Shown: positions 1-6,627 of the stretch, one piece after another | Position numbering within the stretch: the stretch's first letter is position 1 | Layout: each line of letters starts with the position of its first letter | Origin: a virus | Taxonomy: Duplodnaviria > Heunggongvirae > Uroviricota > Caudoviricetes | IMG/VR virus record: IMGVR_UViG_2671180511_000005 | DNA length: 8,937 bases | Reading direction: 5' to 3' (one strand) | Program-made: the position numbers and the translations under genes | Notes under the pieces: model-generated | The model's input: the letters and a program-made list of their open reading frames with translations, nothing else | Told to the model about the DNA's origin: nothing | The model's database searches: none

Positions 1-7
1 ATTACCA

Positions 8-12
8 CCTCC
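8..12 (-). promoter_or_regulatory. Shine-Dalgarno (GGAGG) for the downstream gene, presumably V (major tail protein), whose start lies beyond the window edge
   Basis: Minus-strand sense of 1-15 is TAA-GGAGG-TGGTAAT: the stop of U is followed at once by GGAGG and 7 nt of spacer before the window ends. In lambda, V follows U. Confidence 0.4.
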
Positions 13-414
13 TTAATTCGTGTACGTGATCTGGTACGTGATTTCCGCCATCGCCCAGGTGGCCATCTCATTATCACGTTGATAGTTAAAACCGAGTGGG
101 ATCATGGTGTCGATGAGTCCGGAAAGCACCGGAATATCCTTCATGGCCGGAAATATGGTGTTCTCCATCCACGTATCCAGCTCAGAATCCGGCGCCTGTG
201 CACGGACGAAAACGGCAATATGCAGAACAGCCTGCCAGTCGTCCTCATCCGTCATTTTTCCGGTGTACTGCGCATCACTCAGCCACACCGCCACGGCGGG
301 CAGTTCCTGCGCATCAATAAATGCCGGAAGCCCGTCAAAAAACGTGGCGCTGTCTCCACACTGTTCCCGAAGGCGTGCCAGCACGCTCTGACGGATTTGT
401 GTGTGTCGGTTCAT
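13..414 (-). CDS. U: tail terminator protein gpU (lambda U-like)
   Basis: 133-aa ORF. Segments ATFFDG, FPAVAV, YTG, DSELD.WME and a C-terminal ITYQITY match lambda gpU as I recall it. The ATG at 412-414 overlaps the Z stop (ATGA at 411-414), implying translational coupling. Confidence 0.85.
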   Translation of the reverse strand: MNRHTQIRQSVLARLREQCGDSATFFDGLPAFIDAQELPAVAVWLSDAQYTGKMTDEDDWQAVLHIAVFVRAQAPDSELDTWMENTIFPAMKDIPVLSGLIDTMIPLGFNYQRDNEMATWAMAEITYQITYTN

Positions 415-998
415 TTACTCAGATGTAACCTCAGTTGTTGTTTCAGGGCATACCCCAGCTGTTTCGGCATTTCCGCAGCAATGATGCGGTCGCGGGCATC
501 TTCAAATGCCTGTGTCAGCGGTCCGGACATCGGGATTTTCACCACATCAATGGGGTAACGATTTTTGCCGTCAATACGCCGCATCACATGCCAGCGACCA
601 TTCGCCAGTTGCTGAATAAACGCATCCCGGAAAAGGTATTTCCCCACTTTCAGTACGCTGCCACGATGACGTGAGTTGCTGCCATGCCGGGAGCGGGCCA
701 GTCTGACCTGTGCGGTACCCAGCTTAATGGCGGGCAGGTTACCCCGGTTAACACGCATGCGGGCATACATTTTTCCTGAGGGGCTGGCTTTAAGCAGCCT
801 GACACGCTCCCTGACCGTTTTCAGGGGAATACCTTTCACCTGGTTATCCCCGGCAACGGTATTCTGCGCAACCTGCCGTGTGGCGACAGAAACAATCTTT
901 GCCGCCACACGGTTTACCGCCCATGCGCTGGTCTGTGGCACCATGCGGGTATCGAGGCTGTTCAGATTGCGGATGGCATTCTCAAGTCCCTTCATCAT
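411..998 (-). CDS. Z: tail completion protein gpZ (lambda Z-like)
   Basis: 195-aa ORF. N-terminal KGLE...NL, central FIQQL.NGRWHVM.R..GKNRYPIDVVKIPM and C-terminal LGYAL..QLR match lambda gpZ. Tandem ATG ATG at 993-998; start could be either. Confidence 0.85.
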   Translation of the reverse strand: MMKGLENAIRNLNSLDTRMVPQTSAWAVNRVAAKIVSVATRQVAQNTVAGDNQVKGIPLKTVRERVRLLKASPSGKMYARMRVNRGNLPAIKLGTAQVRLARSRHGSNSRHRGSVLKVGKYLFRDAFIQQLANGRWHVMRRIDGKNRYPIDVVKIPMSGPLTQAFEDARDRIIAAEMPKQLGYALKQQLRLHLSK

Positions 999-1359
999 AT
1001 CGCCTCATTCTGGCATTATTCTGTGGGGCAGGACTGCCCCGCCTTAACCGGATATAACAGCATCCCCCGTCATCCGGAGTAATACGATCCACAAAGAAAG
1101 AATCATCCCCGATAGTTAACGTATCCTGACGGCGTAACTGCGATATATCTGCCGTTTTCACAAACAGGCACGGTGAGGAATCCTCAAGCCGGATCCCCCC
1201 GGCAACAAAAGAAATACTTTCGGGATCATCAAAAACCCCTGTCAGGTGTGTCCCCTCAAGTTCTCCGGACGTAATGACGGCGCTGATCCCCATATCACGG
1301 AGAATGACTTCATTGACACCGGCAAGCGCAGCATCAAACAGATTATCGAAACCGTCCAC
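982..1359 (-). CDS. FII: head-tail joining / head completion protein gpFII (lambda FII-like)
   Basis: 125-aa ORF: FDNLFDAA, GVFDDPE.IS, RQLRR.DTLTIG and VDR..PDDGG match lambda FII. Start is GTG at 1357-1359, preceded by AGGAG immediately after the FI stop (TAA at 1371-1373). Confidence 0.85.
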   Translation of the reverse strand: MDGFDNLFDAALAGVNEVILRDMGISAVITSGELEGTHLTGVFDDPESISFVAGGIRLEDSSPCLFVKTADISQLRRQDTLTIGDDSFFVDRITPDDGGCCYIRLRRGSPAPQNNARMRRYDEGT

Positions 1360-1370
1360 GACATCTCCTG

Positions 1371-1757
1371 TTACTGCCTTTTTGCCAGACCACCTGCCGC
1401 CATGCTGGCAGCCACCTCAGCAGAAACACGAAACGACGTTCCCGGTGAAACAAATATCACTGAACCATTACATTTTGTATGCAGTGTCGCCAGTGCCACC
1501 ACCGTAACCTGCCCCGTTTCGTCTCCGGTAACAATGCCTGGCTGTTCAGGAACTGACTCGCCTTTATGCGCGGTCGGATCATCTTTCGATGGTGAGTACG
1601 TATCCGGCTCTGCGACCTCCCCCGCATCTCCAAGCTCTTCCTCCAGTTCCGCCACTCGCTGCGCAATATCTGCCGCACTACCGGAGACATCCGGTTCACG
1701 CCCCAGCCTCTCAGCCAGCTCACAAAGACGTTTCAGGTTTTCTTCTTTCGTAGCCAT
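1371..1757 (-). CDS. FI: DNA packaging protein gpFI (lambda FI-like)
   Basis: Reading frame 1371-1790. I place the start at ATG 1755-1757 (MATKEENLKRL...) because AGGAG lies about 7 nt upstream and it follows the E-FI hairpin. RVAEL.EEL, an acidic Pro-rich linker, VTVVAL..LHT and PGT.FRVSA.VAA match lambda FI. Confidence 0.8.
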   Translation of the reverse strand: MATKEENLKRLCELAERLGREPDVSGSAADIAQRVAELEEELGDAGEVAEPDTYSPSKDDPTAHKGESVPEQPGIVTGDETGQVTVVALATLHTKCNGSVIFVSPGTSFRVSAEVAASMAAGGLAKRQ

Positions 1758-1776
1758 ACCCGCTCCTGATTGAATG

Positions 1777-1800
1777 AAAAACGGGAGCATTTAGCTCCCG
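1777..1800 (-). terminator. terminator-like stem-loop between E and FI (7-bp GC-rich stem, 5-nt loop, then a U5 tract on the minus-strand transcript)
   Basis: Plus strand 1782-1788 cgggagc, loop 1789-1793, 1794-1800 gctcccg, with A5 at 1777-1781. The minus transcript therefore reads CGGGAGC-UAAAU-GCUCCCG-UUUUU, 15 nt after the E stop. Confidence 0.35.
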
Positions 1801-1808
1801 CTCACGGA

Positions 1809-2837
1809 TTATTTCACCTGCACCACCACAAACTCATCCGGATCCGGCAGCACCATCAGCGGCGCGGACTGCGTCATGGTGAATTCACGCGCCGGATCAC
1901 CCACGGTCAGCCAGTGTTTCGGATAACGGGAAGACGCCACCACGCCTTCAGACAATGCCTGCGCATCCTGAATGGCACCGTAGCAACGAATACCCTCTGC
2001 GGCCGTATTTCCCAGTACCAGTGTGCCGTCCGGCAGATAACGTTTTTCGGTACCGTCCTCTGCCACATAGGACGTTTTTGCCACCACGATTGCCAGATCA
2101 CCATAATACCCTTTGAAGGACACCACCGCCCCCAGGTCTTTCACTGCCGTTTCCAGCTGTGAATTTGAGCCACGACGGGTATCCAGTTTTTCGCGGAACA
2201 GCTTAAAGCCATTCAGCAGACGCCAGACCTTACCATCCATAATGGCAATATTGATGGTGCCGGAAGCAAAATCACAGTACGCATCCAGATCATGCGTCGG
2301 ATCAAAGGTATCGCGGTCCTGAGCGCTCCACTCCGTCCCTCCTGCCTGCGTAATGTTATTTCCCACCGACCGGCCAAAATCGACCTCAACAGTTTCAAAC
2401 TGCTCTCCTTCCATGGTGTATTTGCCATACAGCACGGCATTCACCGCCTGCATCTCTTCCACCTGGACAATGGCGTGCTCTTCCTGTTTGAGGTTATCGG
2501 TGATGATACGCAGGCGACGGTAAGCCGGGCCGTTCAGCTGGGCCGGATCTTCACCGGGAAGACGCTCCACCGCCTGCTGGTAATTAAATTCGTGTTTCGG
2601 CTTAACGTAGCCCGGGCGCAGTACACGAGTTTCACCGCCACGGTGACGCAACACCTTTCCTTCAACAACCGGGGAGACATAGGCCGCCACCGGCGTTTTT
2701 CCGGTAATTTTGTCCAGCATTACCTCTTCGGTATGGAAATTCACCGTACGGCGGAAAAACAGCTCCAGAAACAGCGCACGAAATTTAACTTTTTGTTCGG
2801 TATAACCGAGTAACTGGCGGGTCGTAAACAATCCCAT
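1809..2837 (-). CDS. E: major capsid protein gpE (HK97-fold, lambda E-like)
   Basis: 342-aa ORF with long matches to lambda gpE: PGYVKPKHE, AIVQVEEMQAV.AVL.GKYTM.GE.F, NNITQ.GGTEWS, KLDTRRGSNS.LETAVKDLG, GDPAREFTM.QSAPLM and PDEFV.VQ. ATG at 2835-2837 with AAGGA upstream. Confidence 0.9.
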   Translation of the reverse strand: MGLFTTRQLLGYTEQKVKFRALFLELFFRRTVNFHTEEVMLDKITGKTPVAAYVSPVVEGKVLRHRGGETRVLRPGYVKPKHEFNYQQAVERLPGEDPAQLNGPAYRRLRIITDNLKQEEHAIVQVEEMQAVNAVLYGKYTMEGEQFETVEVDFGRSVGNNITQAGGTEWSAQDRDTFDPTHDLDAYCDFASGTINIAIMDGKVWRLLNGFKLFREKLDTRRGSNSQLETAVKDLGAVVSFKGYYGDLAIVVAKTSYVAEDGTEKRYLPDGTLVLGNTAAEGIRCYGAIQDAQALSEGVVASSRYPKHWLTVGDPAREFTMTQSAPLMVLPDPDEFVVVQVK

Positions 2838-2894
2838 AAATCAGTTCCTTTCATTCAGAAATCAGTCAGGCTACCGCAGTGACCTGATAAAATG

Positions 2895-3242
2895 TTACGG
2901 CAGCGCTGCGTGACTCAGGGCACTGCCGGCAAAGGCATTCGCCTTTTTGTGTGTATCCACTCTCTCAGGCCAGTGGATGGCCTCCGTCGCAAAGGTCCCC
3001 GACTTGTAATACGTCAGCACCGTCTCTGTACCTTCAAGCGGCAGTACCAGTATGCCAACCACATGGCCTGCCTTCTGTCCGTCCCAGACCACCAGTTTCC
3101 CGGTATCCTCATCCAGCATCAGGGGCGTCAGAGCCGGTGTTGCCGAGGAAATCCCGCTGCAGCCTGTGGCGGTATGGGCCGGATCATTACCGGCAAAAAT
3201 ACGTACTTCCGCACGCTGTTCAGTGATGGTTTTCGTTACCAT
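2895..3242 (-). CDS. D: head decoration protein gpD (lambda D-like)
   Basis: 115-aa ORF: DPAHTAT, TPLMLD...KLV.WDG, VGIL, YKSGTF and AFAG.A.S match lambda gpD. ATG at 3240-3242 with a GAGG-type SD in the 36-nt spacer after the C stop. Confidence 0.88.
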   Translation of the reverse strand: MVTKTITEQRAEVRIFAGNDPAHTATGCSGISSATPALTPLMLDEDTGKLVVWDGQKAGHVVGILVLPLEGTETVLTYYKSGTFATEAIHWPERVDTHKKANAFAGSALSHAALP

Positions 3243-3278
3243 ATTGTAAAAACCTCATATTGATGGTCAGCACTGACT

Positions 3279-3941
3279 TCATGGCATGGCCATGAGCATT
3301 TTCACGTCCGCATCACCGTCTGCTGACGTCTGTGGCACGCCACCCTGTACCGCTGCCGGTGAATGGTTCGCCATGNNNNNNNNNNNNNNNNNNNNNNNNN
3401 NNNNNNNNNNNNNNNNNNNNNNNNNNNNNNNNNNNNNNNNNNNNNNNNNNNNNNNNNNNNNNNNNNNNNNNNNNNNNNNNNNNNNNNNNNNNNNNNNNNN
3501 NNNNNNNNNNNNNNNNNNNNNNNNNNNNNNNNNNNNNNNNNNNNNNNNTTCAGCCTGCGCCTCTGCCCCTTTTGCCTCATCCAGGGCCATAATCTGATCA
3601 CGAAGTGAGGGTCCGGCATTCGCCTGCGGTGAAGCAGCCAGAATCGGACGGGCTTTTTCCACCGTCATCTCCGGCATCGCCGCCAGCGTTGCCGCCAGTT
3701 GTTCACGTCCTTTCGCCTCTTCACATGCCATAATGCGATCGGCTTCACTCTGCGCAGATACACCAGATTGTTGCGGTGCCGCCACGGCCAGAATCGCCCG
3801 GGCCTGCTCAACGCTCATACCCTGTTGCCCTGCCAGCATCGTGGCCAGTTGTTCACGTCCTTTCGCTTCCTGACACGTCAGGATCCCCATCACTCGCTGG
3901 TTCTCCTGCGCGGCAGCCTCCGTTGCAGTTAATTGCGGCAT
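3279..3941 (-). CDS. nu3: scaffolding protein Nu3, in-frame internal start within C
   Basis: Internal ATG at 3939-3941 (MPQLTATEAA...) is preceded by AGGAGG with a 4-nt spacer and is in the C frame (4844-3941 = 903 nt = 301 codons). It corresponds to where nu3 starts inside C in lambda. Contains the RIMG/EEA.GRE scaffold motif, repeated. Confidence 0.55.
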   Translation of the reverse strand: MPQLTATEAAAQENQRVMGILTCQEAKGREQLATMLAGQQGMSVEQARAILAVAAPQQSGVSAQSEADRIMACEEAKGREQLAATLAAMPEMTVEKARPILAASPQANAGPSLRDQIMALDEAKGAEAQAEXXXXXXXXXXXXXXXXXXXXXXXXXXXXXXXXXXXXXXXXXXXXXXXXXXXXXXXXXXMANHSPAAVQGGVPQTSADGDADVKMLMAMP

Positions 3942-4844
3942 AGTGCCTCCTGTATCGTGTGTGTTCAGCGTCGCAGCCATCACGCTGATGGCGTCCGACG
4001 CATTGATTAATTCATCCGCCAGTTCGGCCTCAATACCGGACTGACCTTCAAAAACGGCGGCCTCTGTTCCCATAACCGCATCCACAGATAAACCGGTATA
4101 CATCGCCACTTTTTCAGCAAACATCCGGCGCGCCGCATCAATGCGCTGCTGCATGTCCTGGCGAACCTTTGCTGGCAGGGATTCAAACTGATTGCCATCC
4201 ACCTTGTGCGATCCGGCGTAAATCAGCGTGATATCCACACCGGCCTGTGCCAGATGACCGGCATAGCTGACATGGCCCATCATCACCCCAATGGAGCCGA
4301 TACGGGATGTCTGGGTAACCAGCCGTCGGGAGCAGGCCGATGCCAGTAACATGGCGGCTGAACAGGCCGTGTCATTGCACAGTGCCCAGACAGGCTTCAG
4401 CTGCCGGAGACGGTAAATCATGTCAGCGCAGTCAAACGCGCCGGTGGCCTGCCCGCCAGAACTGTCAATGTCCAGCAGTACGCCCCGTACCTGAGTGTCC
4501 GCCATTGCCTGCTGAAGACAGGCGACAATGCCGTCATAGCCAGTCATTCCGGAAAATGGCCGCATGCCACCCAGCCGGTGTACCAGCGTGCCGGTCACCG
4601 GCAGTACAGCAATACCGTTCACCACCCGGTAAACACGGGCAGGTCGTTTGCCTCCGGCCATGTACTCGTCCGTTTCAGCCAGCATCCCGGGAGCGTCAAG
4701 CTGTACCTGCTGTTGCGGTACCGAAAGGCTTGCTGCGCCCATCTCACGCCCGAGCGCGCAAAAGAAAACCCGCGCATAGGCGGGCTCCAGAAGCAGCGGC
4801 TCATTGAATGCCGCAGCGATAATATGTGAAAGATTACGTCTCAC
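3279..4844 (-). CDS. C: capsid assembly (prohead) protease gpC, containing the nested scaffold nu3 in the same frame; interrupted by an N-gap at 3376-3548
   Basis: N-terminus AFNEPLLLEPAYARVFFCAL, then GIAVLPV.GTLV, SGMTGY.GI, GAFDCAD, KPVWAL.ND..CSA..LLASA.SRRLVTQT.R.GSIGVMM, ITLIY.GSHKVDGN and FA.KV..YTGLSV all match lambda gpC. Start is GTG at 4842-4844, with GAGGAG about 10 nt upstream and an in-frame TAG further up. Protein length is unknown because of the gap. Confidence 0.88.
   Translation of the reverse strand: MRRNLSHIIAAAFNEPLLLEPAYARVFFCALGREMGAASLSVPQQQVQLDAPGMLAETDEYMAGGKRPARVYRVVNGIAVLPVTGTLVHRLGGMRPFSGMTGYDGIVACLQQAMADTQVRGVLLDIDSSGGQATGAFDCADMIYRLRQLKPVWALCNDTACSAAMLLASACSRRLVTQTSRIGSIGVMMGHVSYAGHLAQAGVDITLIYAGSHKVDGNQFESLPAKVRQDMQQRIDAARRMFAEKVAMYTGLSVDAVMGTEAAVFEGQSGIEAELADELINASDAISVMAATLNTHDTGGTMPQLTATEAAAQENQRVMGILTCQEAKGREQLATMLAGQQGMSVEQARAILAVAAPQQSGVSAQSEADRIMACEEAKGREQLAATLAAMPEMTVEKARPILAASPQANAGPSLRDQIMALDEAKGAEAQAEXXXXXXXXXXXXXXXXXXXXXXXXXXXXXXXXXXXXXXXXXXXXXXXXXXXXXXXXXXMANHSPAAVQGGVPQTSADGDADVKMLMAMP
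3376..3548. other. assembly gap (173 N) inside the C/nu3 coding region
   Basis: Run of N directly visible, flanked on the high-coordinate side by tandem repeat copies. Confidence 1.
3549..3910 (-). repeat. tandem ~150-bp (47-50 aa) repeats within the nu3 scaffold coding region, at least 2 full and 1 partial copy, continuing into the N-gap
   Basis: Exact 22-nt match ccagttgttcacgtcctttcgc at 3695-3716 and 3845-3866 (150 bp apart); gccagaatcg at about 3634-3643 and 3784-3793; gccataat at 3586-3593 and 3727-3734. Protein repeats: RVMGILTCQEAKGREQLATMLA.../ DRIMACEEAKGREQLAATLA.../ DQIMALDEAKGAEAQAE... Confidence 0.8.
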
Positions 4845-6427
4845 GTGATGTTGTCTCCTCTTCCGGCCTGCGACTCTCCGCTATCTGCTGCTGATACGCC
4901 TGGGCTATCCACACCGGACGTGAGAGTCCGGCTTTTTCGCGCTCTGCGGATTCCCTGACCTGCTGGCGGAAAATGTCCTGATAATCTTCGCCCATCAGTG
5001 CCAGTTCTTTCTCATACGTGCTCAGTCCGGCCTCAATGCGCATCACCGATTCCTGGACCTCCTTGAGCCCGTCAATGGCCATTCTTCCGGAGCTAATCCA
5101 CTCTGCCCGTGACCAGGCTGAACGCGCCTGGTAAAAATCAAAACGCGCCCGTGGCGGACGAATAATCCCCCGAAGAAGCGCCTCTTCCAGCCAGCAGGAA
5201 AACATCTGCGTGGCCAGCCGGGCCGCAATAAATTTTCGCCGCCCCATAAAATAGCGCCACGACTCATTGGCGGAGGCGCGGGCACTTGAGTAACTGACCT
5301 TCGAGTAATCACGGGACAACTGTTCGTAGGAAACGCCAAGACCGGCTGCAATATACCGCAGCAGCGCCTGTTCAAGCGCCGAAAATCCATTGTCTGAATC
5401 CTGCGCTGTCTGCAGGTTCAGCGCATCGCCAGGAAAAAAGGTGCGGAATTTTAACACCGCCCAGCGTCACGTTATTCGTGTCATACCAGCGGGTGAACTT
5501 CTCCAGAATATTAATAAGCGGATTATCCTGCTGACCTTGCGGTGCCCCCGCGATATATTCAAATGCCTTTTCGGTATCAAGTTCACTTTCGATTGTGGCT
5601 GCATACATCGCCTTCACAATGGCCGACTGAAGCTGCGTGGCCTGCAGGGAGTCCAGCATCTTCATCCGCTCCATTACGCTGTAAAACTGATTAGCCCCAC
5701 GGGTCTGCCCGTCCTCCACCGGCTCAAAAATATGCAGCATGGCCGGACGCCCGGTGGGAAGCTCACGCGGGATCCGCTCCCAGCGTCCGGCACCAGAGAA
5801 CGGAAAATCATCCTCACAGATATGGTACGCAATCGCCCGCCCATACCGATCGACCTCAACCCCGGCCCGCAGAAAGTGGTTCCCCATACCGTGTCCTGGC
5901 GTGTCCACCCGTTTCGGACTCACGGCTTTAAAACGCGTACGGAATAACTGCGTGGTTTCCGTATCCCAGACCGGCTGCACAAAGATTTCGCCGTTAAAGG
6001 CATGCACGCCCACCCCTTCACGGATAAATTCCGTAAACGTGCGTTTCCCTTCCACGTCGATCTCGCCAAACATTCCTTCTGCGTATTCCGACCAGGCTGC
6101 TTCCACCTCCCCGACAAAACTTTTTGCCGTGGTCTCCCGCATCCCCAGCCAACGCCAGTTCAGACGGTAGCTGATAAGAAACATGTGCCCGACGATATGA
6201 TCCTTATGCAGGGCCACCGCATTAGCCGCGATACCGTTATTGCGCACCAGATCATCTGCCCGGGCATTCCCCAGACGCAATGCAGGCAACAGGGCCGCAT
6301 CGGCACTCTGCGCCGGTGGTAACCACTCTGCCATTTGCCCGCCAAATCCTGCGCCGCCTCCGTTGTAGCTGAGACTCTCACGAAGCGGAACGCCGTTCAC
6401 ATCAATCAGGACAGGCGTTCGTTTCAT
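4834..6427 (-). CDS. B: portal protein gpB (lambda B-like), interrupted by a +1 frameshift in an A6 (sense T6) homopolymer at 5434-5439; either a pseudogene or a sequencing error
   Basis: Two ORFs (5372-6427 and 4834-5457) together match lambda gpB end to end: YNGGG.GFGGQ, LLP..R.GNARADDLVRNNG.AANA, IPRELP.GR, FEPVEDGQTRGAN.FYSVME.MKMLD.LQ.TQLQSAIVKAMYAATIESELDT in the first; PGD.LNLQTAQD.DNG, LLRYIAAGLGVSYEQLSR, SANESW.YFMGRRKF and SGRMAIDGLKEVQE in the second. Removing one base from the run restores ...PHLFPGDALNLQ... (lambda has ...PHLMPGDSLNLQ...). ATGA overlap with W at 6424-6427. Confidence 0.85.
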
Positions 6428-6627
6428 AACCTCACTCCCAGCGGTCGGCGGCGTCGGGTCGTACCCAGAACCGACTCCGCATCGTTGATCGCACGGTTAA
6501 GCTCATTCAGGGACGCTGCCGTATATTCGATCCTGCGACCGTCTTTCTGTACCGACACAACCCGTTTACCGGTTAATAAATCAAGGCGCGCCTGACGCAG
6601 CGCCTGCAGTTCAGCGACTGTAACCAT
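6424..6627 (-). CDS. W: head-tail joining / head completion protein gpW (lambda W-like)
   Basis: 67-aa ORF: E.L.A.R.A...L.TGKRV..VQKDGRR.E.T..S and a C-terminal RRRR match lambda gpW. ATG at 6625-6627 preceded by GGAGGAG and by the TGA of A (TGAATG). Confidence 0.85.
   Translation of the reverse strand: MVTVAELQALRQARLDLLTGKRVVSVQKDGRRIEYTAASLNELNRAINDAESVLGTTRRRRPLGVRL

Noticed and set aside
79-558. Plus-strand 159-aa ORF and the overlapping 104-391 ORF
   Set aside because: Antisense to U and Z, which are confidently assigned; shadow ORFs.
1770-2162. Plus-strand 130-aa ORF with a His- and Arg-rich product (HLHHHKLIRIRQHHQRRGLRHG...)
   Set aside because: It lies entirely antisense to the well-supported major capsid gene E; the composition is what the reverse frame of a GC-rich gene typically gives. 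No RBS or homology signal; treated as a shadow ORF.
2838-2894. Weak inverted repeat (tcagg ... cctga) and a direct aatcagt repeat in the D-E intergenic spacer
   Set aside because: Only a 5-bp stem with a 13-nt loop and a 7-nt direct repeat, which is within chance expectation; the spacer is adequately explained as the E ribosome-binding region (AAGGA).
3376-3548. N-runs as a deliberately masked or hidden element (for example an inserted gene)
   Set aside because: Flanking sequence on both sides of each run is colinear with lambda C/nu3 and A, and the missing lengths implied by homology are small, leaving no room for an extra gene; gaps caused by a repeat and a hairpin are more parsimonious. 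It cannot be fully excluded without the closed sequence.
4340-4807. Plus-strand 155-aa Arg/Pro/Cys-rich ORF
   Set aside because: Antisense to the protease domain of C, which has strong lambda similarity; shadow ORF.
5428-5446. Programmed ribosomal frameshift in the portal gene
   Set aside because: The frame change needed is +1 at a plain T6 run with no downstream stimulatory structure or rare or stop codon context. Lambda's known programmed frameshift is in the tail genes G/T, which are outside this window. A homopolymer indel is the simpler explanation.
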